From an uncultured Bacteroidia bacterium (GTDB taxonomy: Bacteria; Bacteroidota; Bacteroidia; NS11-12g; UBA955), in NCBI GenBank assembly GCA_938086785.1, contig CALKCM010000003.1, forward strand, positions 155,104 to 219,103: a stretch of 64,000 nt of DNA, given 5' to 3'. The notes under the pieces were generated by a model. It saw only the letters and a program-made list of their open reading frames with translations. It searched no databases and was not told the origin of the DNA. Of this stretch, positions 56,915 to 64,000 are shown piece after piece. Position 1 is the stretch's first letter. Each line of letters begins with the position of its first letter. The position numbers and the translations under genes were made by a program.

Positions 56915-59900
56915 TTGAAGCATCATCAACTCATATTATTCATTTTCCTCGTTGGTCTTCTAAATCCTTTATTATCGGCCTCAGAGAGCCGTAGCTTTAT
57001 TCCTAACGAAGGGCAATGGGATAATCCATCTTATTTTATGGCTCCAATAAATAATGGGCGCGTTTGGGTGGTGGATGATGGACTTATCTTTAATCGATGG
57101 TCTGAGGATTTAGCGGAGCATATGCACTCTCGCTCTAATGTGCCCTATGAAGGAAAAGGCCATGCTCTAAAACTCGAATTTAAGGGAGCTCATTTTAACC
57201 AAGTGAAAAAGCTAGATAAAACGTCGTTCTATTTAAATTACTTTATTGGATCAAACTCAAATCGCTGGAAATCTAAAATATATGGCTATAAAGTTATCGT
57301 TTTTGAAAATATTTACCCTCATGTAGATTTAAGACTAACCATAACTGAAACAGGCTTTAAATATGATATTATTGCGGATAATGTTTCATATTTAGAACAG
57401 GTTAAATTGGTATATCACGGGGCAGATGCATTGCACTTGGAACAGAATATTCTTAAAATAGAAACGGCATTGGGCACCTTAGTTGAGAATATTCCTGCTT
57501 CTTGGCTAGAAGGTAGAAATGAAACGAAGGAATCTCTGAGAGTGCTGTACAAGCTTGAAGATTCCACTGTGACCTTTAACCTACCTAAAGGTTTAAAAAG
57601 AAAATATAAAGTAGTCATTGATCCGGTAGTCGTTTTTTCTTCTTTTAGTGGTTCTACAGCGGATAACTTCGGTTGTACTGCAACCTATGACGAGGATGGG
57701 CACGCTTTTAGTGGCGGAACAGTATTTAGTGTAGGCGGAAGATTTCCTACTACCATGGGCGCATATCAAACATCTTTTCAAGGAGGTGTGGAGCCTGCAA
57801 ATGGTTCAGAAACGACTTATGGTGGAGCTCGAGATGTTGGATTGCTTAAGTTTAGTCCGGACGGTTCCCGTTTGCTCTTTGCGACTTATCTCGGTGGCAG
57901 AAATAATGAGCAGCCGCATTCAATGGTCACAGATAAAGATGGAAGTTTATACATTATGGGAAGCACTGCAAGTGCTAATTTCCCTGTTAAAAATGCGTAT
58001 GATTCAACGCATAACGGAAGCTATGACTTTTTTGTAAGCCATTTGTCTGCTGATGGAACAGTTCTTTTGGGGAGTACATATATTGGTGGGAGTTCAATAG
58101 ACGCGCTCTTGGCTTTTAGAGATGGAGTGGTTAATGTAAATGACTATGATTTACTCTATAATTATGCAGATGAATTTAGAGGAGAAATTATTCTTAATGG
58201 CAATGATGTCTTAGTATGTGGAACCTCCTACAGTTTAGATTTCCCGCGAACTGTAAATGGAGATTTTTTCTCAGGAAAGCAAGATGCTACGGTGTTCTCT
58301 TTGGCAAAAACGCTGACGGATTTAAACTGGACTCGACTTATAGGAGGAGTTGGAGCAGATGCCTTTTACGGTTTGGCCATTGGTCAAAATAATGATTTAT
58401 TTGTATCTGGGGGAAGCAGTTCCTCAGCATTAGACACCAAATATCCAGCTTTTACTAATGCATATCAAGGGGGTCTAACAGATGGGCTTATTTTTAAATT
58501 AGATGTAAGGGATGGATCGATACGCAATGCCAGATATCATGGGACATCCAGTTATGATCAAGCGTATTTTGTTCAAACAGATAATAGCGGGAAACCCTAT
58601 ACTTATGGTCAAACAAGTGGGTTTATGCCTATTATTGGATCCGCATTAGATTACGGACAAAAAGGGCAATTTGTAACGCGTTTTGATACCTCCTTAACAA
58701 ATATAGAACTCAATACAAATATTGGAGGCAATACCGCTGTTCCTAATTTAAGCCCTTCTGCTTTTTTGGTCGATCAATGTGAACGAATATTTATTAGTGG
58801 ATGGGGCGGAGCAACCAATAGTTCAGGTCTCAGTGCCAAAATAAATAGAAATAAAGGTTTTACTGTGGGACTTCCCACCACAGCAGATGCATTTCAATCT
58901 GAAACAGATGGCAGTGATTTCTATGTTGCTGTATTTGCACAGGAAATGAATTCCTTACTTTACGGTACTTTCTTCGGTGGAGTTTCTAAAAATGGGAAGA
59001 TATCGCAGGAACATGTGGATGGTGGAACCAGTCGGTTTGATAAAAAAGGAGTCATTTATCAAGCGGTTTGTGGAGGCTGTGGAGGCAATTTTAATAATGG
59101 GTTATTCCCAACCACTGCAGGCGCCTACAGTCGAACCATGAAAAGTAACAATTGCAATAATGCAGTGTTTAAAATTGATTTTGAAAATTTAAATAGAAAA
59201 CCATTCATGGCTGATACTTTTATAAAGGTTACAGCTACCAACCAGATTTTAGTTGAATTAGACATAGAAGACCCCGATTATTTCGATCAAGTGCAGGTAA
59301 AGTATACATACTTGAGCCGAGGTGGAGCAATTCTGGCTGATACACCTCGTATTTTGATCACGAATGCTCTTTCGTTTCCACCGAATGGCATAATGAGGCC
59401 CAGCAAGCTAAACCTGGTTTGGAATACGACCTGCGCTAATGTATCCAGAGATACGACCATTATAGAGGTAACTATTGTAGATTTTGGATGCCCAACGCAA
59501 GATACTCATGTGGCTTTGCTAAAATTTTTGGTTGAGCCTCCTCCTCTTGTTATCCCGCCAGAATCGGTCTGTTTAAATTTTGATAGAGCAACAAACGAAT
59601 TGTCTATAAGTTGGGATCCTATCAGCCCAATACTTCAGTATTTTAAACAATTAGAATTGCGGATGGACAAGCCAGATGGAACGACCGAAACCCTTTTTAT
59701 TGCCACTGATGCGAATGGAGGTTCTTATTCCTTGGTAATGCCTACCGATCCTTTTACAGAGGATTATTGCTTCTACCTCGTGGGTATTAATATTTGTGAT
59801 AAAGAGGTTTACCCGAGCGAAAAATTTTGTACAATTCGAGAATTAAATAAACCGATAGAGGGCGTTGCAATGAAGTTTGTAACAGTTGAAGAGGACAGGC

Positions 59901-60679
59901 GAGTGCGTGTGGAGTGGAATAATTCCAATGAACCCGATTTTAAGGAATTTGAGATTTACCGTGGTTCCAGAGATATTCATAGCTCATTTTCTCTTTTTAA
60001 AAGAACTACAGATACCTTTTTAATTGACTCCTCGTTTAATGTAGATGAATCGAGCTATTGTTATGCAGTAGTGGTAACAGATATATGTGGACATGCTTCT
60101 GAGAAATCCTTGAAGCAGTGCAATATTGTTCTCCGCGGAAATGAAAAAGGAAATCCCGACTTTTTATTTAATTTGAATTGGCAAGCCTATATCAATTGGG
60201 AACGAGGGGTTACTGATTATCAGTTGGAGTATAGGAATGATGTAGAAAACTGGAGAAAAGGATCAAATACAGAGAGTTTACTCACGCAAAATATCACCGA
60301 TAATTATGATTGGGGAGGCTATTATTTTAGAGTTACTGCAACAGAAAAGACATTGCAAACAAAACCCTATCAGAGTGAGAGTAATTGGATATATCTTATA
60401 CATCAGCCAGAAATGTGGGTTCCAAGTGGAATGTCTCCTAATGGCGATGGAGTAAATGATATATGGGGTGTAACTCCATTGTATGCTAAAACCTATCACA
60501 TGCGTGTATTTAATCGTTGGGGCCAAAAAGTCTGGGAAACTCAAAATAGAAAAGAGCAATGGAATGGTCAAACCAAAGGAGAAAAATCCGAGGATCGGGT
60601 TTATGCCTGGTATTTAACATTTACTGGCTGGGATGATAAAGAATATAAAATGACAGGTACAGTTACCCTTGTGCATTAG
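56915..60679 (+). CDS. Very large secreted protein with SBBP-type beta-propeller repeats and a T9SS type B (gliding-motility CHU_C) C-terminal sorting domain
   Basis: Signal peptide. Repeated GG...D.g.....D..GN.Y..G.T.S..FP-like propeller blades. C-terminal VPSGMSPNGDGVNDIWGV...VFNRWGQKVWE...WNG. TTG 56915 is the only start available after an in-frame TAA at 56906. Confidence 0.8.
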   Translation: MKHHQLILFIFLVGLLNPLLSASESRSFIPNEGQWDNPSYFMAPINNGRVWVVDDGLIFNRWSEDLAEHMHSRSNVPYEGKGHALKLEFKGAHFNQVKKLDKTSFYLNYFIGSNSNRWKSKIYGYKVIVFENIYPHVDLRLTITETGFKYDIIADNVSYLEQVKLVYHGADALHLEQNILKIETALGTLVENIPASWLEGRNETKESLRVLYKLEDSTVTFNLPKGLKRKYKVVIDPVVVFSSFSGSTADNFGCTATYDEDGHAFSGGTVFSVGGRFPTTMGAYQTSFQGGVEPANGSETTYGGARDVGLLKFSPDGSRLLFATYLGGRNNEQPHSMVTDKDGSLYIMGSTASANFPVKNAYDSTHNGSYDFFVSHLSADGTVLLGSTYIGGSSIDALLAFRDGVVNVNDYDLLYNYADEFRGEIILNGNDVLVCGTSYSLDFPRTVNGDFFSGKQDATVFSLAKTLTDLNWTRLIGGVGADAFYGLAIGQNNDLFVSGGSSSSALDTKYPAFTNAYQGGLTDGLIFKLDVRDGSIRNARYHGTSSYDQAYFVQTDNSGKPYTYGQTSGFMPIIGSALDYGQKGQFVTRFDTSLTNIELNTNIGGNTAVPNLSPSAFLVDQCERIFISGWGGATNSSGLSAKINRNKGFTVGLPTTADAFQSETDGSDFYVAVFAQEMNSLLYGTFFGGVSKNGKISQEHVDGGTSRFDKKGVIYQAVCGGCGGNFNNGLFPTTAGAYSRTMKSNNCNNAVFKIDFENLNRKPFMADTFIKVTATNQILVELDIEDPDYFDQVQVKYTYLSRGGAILADTPRILITNALSFPPNGIMRPSKLNLVWNTTCANVSRDTTIIEVTIVDFGCPTQDTHVALLKFLVEPPPLVIPPESVCLNFDRATNELSISWDPISPILQYFKQLELRMDKPDGTTETLFIATDANGGSYSLVMPTDPFTEDYCFYLVGINICDKEVYPSEKFCTIRELNKPIEGVAMKFVTVEEDRRVRVEWNNSNEPDFKEFEIYRGSRDIHSSFSLFKRTTDTFLIDSSFNVDESSYCYAVVVTDICGHASEKSLKQCNIVLRGNEKGNPDFLFNLNWQAYINWERGVTDYQLEYRNDVENWRKGSNTESLLTQNITDNYDWGGYYFRVTATEKTLQTKPYQSESNWIYLIHQPEMWVPSGMSPNGDGVNDIWGVTPLYAKTYHMRVFNRWGQKVWETQNRKEQWNGQTKGEKSEDRVYAWYLTFTGWDDKEYKMTGTVTLVH

Positions 60680-60728
60680 TTGTTAGCGTTCATTTTTATT
60701 TTGGAAACTATTGAATTATTTTTACCGA

Positions 60729-61988
60729 ATGCAGTTACTCAAGTTCGCTTTATTTAACCTTTTGCTCTTGTTCACTTCTCTCTCAAATGCGCAGCTCTGC
60801 GAGGGTAGATACCAAAATGATATTTTTTCTGAAACTACAAAAAGCACCGTTAAGTATGGAAGATCTGTAAATAGTGCCAGTGAATATCAGGATTTATATA
60901 TGGACATTTATGAAGGCAAAGGCGATACTGCACGCCTTAGACCGCTCGTTATTTTTTGTTTTGGAGGTTCTTTTATTTCTGGCAGTAAAGAGTCTTCAAC
61001 TTTGGTTTATATGGCCAAAGAAATGGCGAAAAGGGGTTATGTAGCTGCTTGCATTGATTACAGACTGGTTTCAAATATCGCTTTCTTACTCGTGGAGCAA
61101 AGCATGATTAAAACAGTATTTCGTGCGATTCAAGACGGAAAAGCAGCAGTGAGGTTTTTTAGGAAGGATGCTAAAACTTCAAATACATATAAGATAGACA
61201 AAGACCAAATTTTCATGGGAGGAACATCGGCAGGTGGTATCCTATCTGTTAATTTAGCCTATCTCGATGATATTAATAAAGTATCACCCGACTGGAAAAA
61301 ATGGATTTCAGACATTGGCGGCCTGGAGGGAAATAGCGGAAATCCAGGCTATTGCTCATACGTAAATGGGGTTTTTAGCTTTGCCGGGGGCATTGCAGAT
61401 ACTTCTTATATTGAACGAAATGATCCTCCTTTATATGCGAGCCATTCTCTATTGGATCAGACAGTTCCCTTTGGCATAGGTAGGCCTCTTGGGGGATTAG
61501 CACCGATTAATTTATTTGGAAGTGGACCATTAATTAGAAATTTAAACAGTAAAGGGATTTATACTCAATTTGATAGTTTTGGAGGGGTTCTGCATCCGCC
61601 ACATGTTACCCAAGCAACACTTATTTCTACGAAGGACCATTTATCTGAATTTTTATATGCTATTTTGGACTGTAATCCATCCAACAAAAAAAATACATAC
61701 CAACAGGATTGCAGTACGTTTCCCTTGTCTCTAAAACGCAAATTTGAATTAAAGAATCTCAAATTCGAGGTGTTCCCAAACCCAACCAATGGGATAGTGC
61801 GCATCAAAAGCAACCAACTAATAAAAGGAGCTTCTCTTTTAGATTACGCGGGTAGAGTAATTTATGAAACGAATGTAATGAGGGAAGAAATGAAATTAAA
61901 CCTCAGCCATATTTCTAAAGGAATATATTCCCTCAGAGCTCAGTATTTAGATGATAAACGTGCTACTTTAAAAGTAATAATTAAATAA
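60729..61988 (+). CDS. Secreted alpha/beta-hydrolase esterase with T9SS type A C-terminal sorting domain
   Basis: Signal peptide MQLLKFALFNLLLLFTSLSNAQ, oxyanion FGGSF, nucleophile elbow GGTSAGG, and C-terminal FEVFPNPTNGIVRIKS...KGIYSLRA. Confidence 0.82.
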   Translation: MQLLKFALFNLLLLFTSLSNAQLCEGRYQNDIFSETTKSTVKYGRSVNSASEYQDLYMDIYEGKGDTARLRPLVIFCFGGSFISGSKESSTLVYMAKEMAKRGYVAACIDYRLVSNIAFLLVEQSMIKTVFRAIQDGKAAVRFFRKDAKTSNTYKIDKDQIFMGGTSAGGILSVNLAYLDDINKVSPDWKKWISDIGGLEGNSGNPGYCSYVNGVFSFAGGIADTSYIERNDPPLYASHSLLDQTVPFGIGRPLGGLAPINLFGSGPLIRNLNSKGIYTQFDSFGGVLHPPHVTQATLISTKDHLSEFLYAILDCNPSNKKNTYQQDCSTFPLSLKRKFELKNLKFEVFPNPTNGIVRIKSNQLIKGASLLDYAGRVIYETNVMREEMKLNLSHISKGIYSLRAQYLDDKRATLKVIIK

Positions 61989-61989
61989 A

Positions 61990-63114
61990 TTACGAGTGAG
62001 TACCTAGCATCATTGGCATAATGAGCATGGTAATATCTTCATTTTCCTCATTCTGTGAAGGAAGAATCAAACCTGCTCTGTTGGGCTCACTTAATTTAAG
62101 AACCACTTCATCGCTATCCACAGCACTAATGATATCCTTAAGGAACCGGGCATTAAACCCAATTTCTAAATCATCTCCATTGAAGTTGCAAGACAAGGTT
62201 TCTTTCCCCTCATTAGCCATTTCTATGTCTTCTGCGCGCATATCTAGCTCATTGCCAGTAATTTTAAGCCTAATTTGTTGGGTGGCTTTATTTGCGAATA
62301 AACTAACTCTATTAATAGAATCATAAAAATTACCTCTATCAATACTTAAGTCTTTTTCGTTTTCCGAAGGAATTACCTGCTCATAGTTTGGATAGTTGGC
62401 GGCAATTAATCGACAACTCAACTCAGTATCTCCATAACTAAAATAAATGGTGTTTTTGTTAAACTCAACGGATACCTCACTATCGTCTTCTGGCAATGAT
62501 TTTGAAAGAAGATTCATTGGTTTTTTAGGGATAATAATACTTGCATCAAATCCAGGCTTTACATCCGTACGAGTAAAGCGAACCAAGCGATTGGAGTCTG
62601 TAGCTACAAAAATTAGTCTATCTTCCTTGAAATCAATATTTATTCCATTTAAATTTACTCTTAATTCATCTGAACTTGTTGCAAAGGCGGTTTTGGTAAT
62701 CGCTCGGCTCAAAATATTTGCTGGAATTTTTATAGCATTATCTACTATTTTTTCCTGCATTTTTGGGTAATCATCGGAACTAGTACCAGCAATTTTATAA
62801 TCACTATTATCGCGTATTACCTCTACTCTAAAGTTGGTAGGGTCTACTTTAAAAGTTAAAGGCTGATCTGGTAAACTTCTAAGTACATCTTGCAACATTT
62901 TGCCGGGTATAGCAAACTTAATATCTTCACTGGCCTCTACCGAAAGGCTGCTAACCATACTGGTTTCCATATCAGTACTGTAAATGGTTAGGGTGTTATC
63001 TTTAATATCGAATAAAAAGTTTTCTAAGACAGGAAGTGCAGGCTTATTAGAAATTAGGCCCCCCATTTCGATTAATCGGTTTAGTAGTTCTCTTGACGGA
63101 ATGATAAAATTCAT
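61990..63114 (-). CDS. dnaN: DNA polymerase III beta subunit (sliding clamp)
   Basis: 374 aa. LPVLENFLF and a three-domain clamp pattern ending in LIMPM. Confidence 0.95.
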   Translation of the reverse strand: MNFIIPSRELLNRLIEMGGLISNKPALPVLENFLFDIKDNTLTIYSTDMETSMVSSLSVEASEDIKFAIPGKMLQDVLRSLPDQPLTFKVDPTNFRVEVIRDNSDYKIAGTSSDDYPKMQEKIVDNAIKIPANILSRAITKTAFATSSDELRVNLNGINIDFKEDRLIFVATDSNRLVRFTRTDVKPGFDASIIIPKKPMNLLSKSLPEDDSEVSVEFNKNTIYFSYGDTELSCRLIAANYPNYEQVIPSENEKDLSIDRGNFYDSINRVSLFANKATQQIRLKITGNELDMRAEDIEMANEGKETLSCNFNGDDLEIGFNARFLKDIISAVDSDEVVLKLSEPNRAGLILPSQNEENEDITMLIMPMMLGTHS

Positions 63115-63240
63115 ATGATACTCTTAATACAACCTCAAAGAAACAACAAATTAGACCTTCCTAAAAATAACTAATTCACATCTTACACCAAAATATGAAC
63201 AAAAGGGTTCTTGATAAAGCAAGTTTCTGAAGTGTCGAGG

Positions 63241-63543
63241 CTATTTGTTTTGCTTTTTCTTAGGAACAATAACAAATAGATCTTCATCCTCTTTTTTCAT
63301 AAAGTAGGTTTCACGCGCAAAAACCTCCAAGGCTGACTGATTTCCCAGAATAGATTTTTGAGTGTATTGCAAGTCTTGTATTTTAGCTTTGTGCTTTACA
63401 ATGCTCTTTTTAAGTTCATTGACTTGCCTATTTAACTTTACTCGGAAGAATATATTGTTTGAGTCTATAAAAAGCATCCATATTGTTAGGAATGCCGTGA
63501 AGAGATAGTATCTATATTTCTCTAAAAGCTCCAATAAATTCAC
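63241..63543 (-). CDS. Septum formation initiator family protein (FtsB/DivIC-like)
   Basis: Short N-terminus, one TM helix (YYLFTAFLTIWMLFI), then a coiled coil (LNRQVNELKKSIVKHKAKIQDLQ). GTG start. Confidence 0.7.
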   Translation of the reverse strand: MNLLELLEKYRYYLFTAFLTIWMLFIDSNNIFFRVKLNRQVNELKKSIVKHKAKIQDLQYTQKSILGNQSALEVFARETYFMKKEDEDLFVIVPKKKQNK

Positions 63544-63547
63544 GAAA

Positions 63548-63555
63548 CAAATTTA
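63548..63555 (-). promoter_or_regulatory. -7 promoter box (TAAATTTG)
   Basis: Exact TAnnTTTG match 4 nt upstream of GTG 63543. Confidence 0.35.
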
Positions 63556-63618
63556 CGAATGATTGCCGGACAACGCCCCACATAAATTAGAGGTGTATAG
63601 TATAACAGAATACACTGA

Positions 63619-64000
63619 ATGGCCTTAAGTTTGCATGTGGTTCGATCCATAAGTATATGTACCGTAATCTTAGTTTTATTTGCTTGCACGGGCAAAAAGG
63701 CTGTCACTGATGATGAGATTCTATGGCAACAAAATAGCTATGCAAGGCTATTTAAAATAGGTATTAAAGGAGATAATCAAGTGCTTTTTATCTATCATCC
63801 TTTGATTAAAGATAAAATTATTCAGAAGTTTTACAGAGGCTCTCAGATTGAAGCAGGAAAGGATTGGCAAAAAATAGACTCTTGCCAATCATTAGCGGTT
63901 TCTAGTTGTGTAATAGCTAGATATGTTGAATTACTTGGAGAGTCCCGTAGGGTAGTTGCAGTGGATAATTTAGATTATTTTAGTTCTGAGTTCTTTCAAA
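63619..64000 (+). CDS. Periplasmic-binding-protein-type ABC substrate-binding lipoprotein (FecB/BtuF-like), 5' partial that runs off the window
   Basis: My own translation from ATG 63619 gives MALSLHVVRSISICTVILVLFACTGKK (lipobox LFAC) ... YARLFKIG...SLAVSSCVIARYVELLGESRRVVAVDN. The frame stays open to the window end. This ORF is not in the supplied track because it has no stop. Confidence 0.6.
   Translation, partial: MALSLHVVRSISICTVILVLFACTGKKAVTDDEILWQQNSYARLFKIGIKGDNQVLFIYHPLIKDKIIQKFYRGSQIEAGKDWQKIDSCQSLAVSSCVIARYVELLGESRRVVAVDNLDYFSSEFFQ

Noticed and set aside
61684-61694. A8 homopolymer inside the T9SS esterase gene, with similar T8/A8 runs at about 2086 and 3921, considered as slipped-strand switches.
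   Set aside because: Runs of 8 are expected in DNA this AT-rich. The reading frames are intact, and there is no evidence of frameshifted alternative products.
63636-63651. GGTTCGATCC, which resembles a tRNA T-arm.
   Set aside because: The loop would be 6 nt rather than 7. No acceptor-stem complement (ATATACT) or D/anticodon arms exist upstream. The sequence lies inside the signal-peptide coding part of the lipoprotein ORF starting at 63619.

Overview
AT-rich 64-kb chromosomal segment that looks like a Bacteroidota genome. Supporting signs are type A and type B T9SS C-terminal sorting domains, recurrent TAnnTTTG -7 promoter boxes, split transketolase genes, and HU. I count about 55 tightly packed protein genes, many joined by ATGA, TAATG or TTGA overlaps, plus one RNA gene (type A RNase P RNA). 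Most genes are core housekeeping: dnaK, clpB, menD, relA/spoT, recN, pfkA, serS, aroK, hup, hppD, carA, eno, the two tkt halves, acs, fmt and dnaN. I found no rRNA, tRNA, CRISPR array, transposase, integrase or phage genes. Five places deserve a second look. (1) An uncharacterised VTC-like polyphosphate-polymerase-domain / DUF4956 / DUF2490 module sits in a same-strand run between clpB and dnaK. (2) A five-gene operon (muramidase-like, UbiA prenyltransferase, type III PKS, methyltransferase, flavoprotein) resembles the srs/agq phenolic-lipid clusters. (3) A secreted 681-aa protein has a C-terminal His/Cys dyad in a caspase/CHAT-like arrangement and is coupled to a CxxC thioredoxin-fold lipoprotein. 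(4) A secreted VWA/MIDAS protein is translationally wedged between the two halves of transketolase, inside a carA-eno-tkt string. (5) Many -7 boxes lie only 5-7 nt from the ATG, which implies leaderless or near-leaderless mRNAs. All function calls rest on motif and family recognition by eye. No searches were run.
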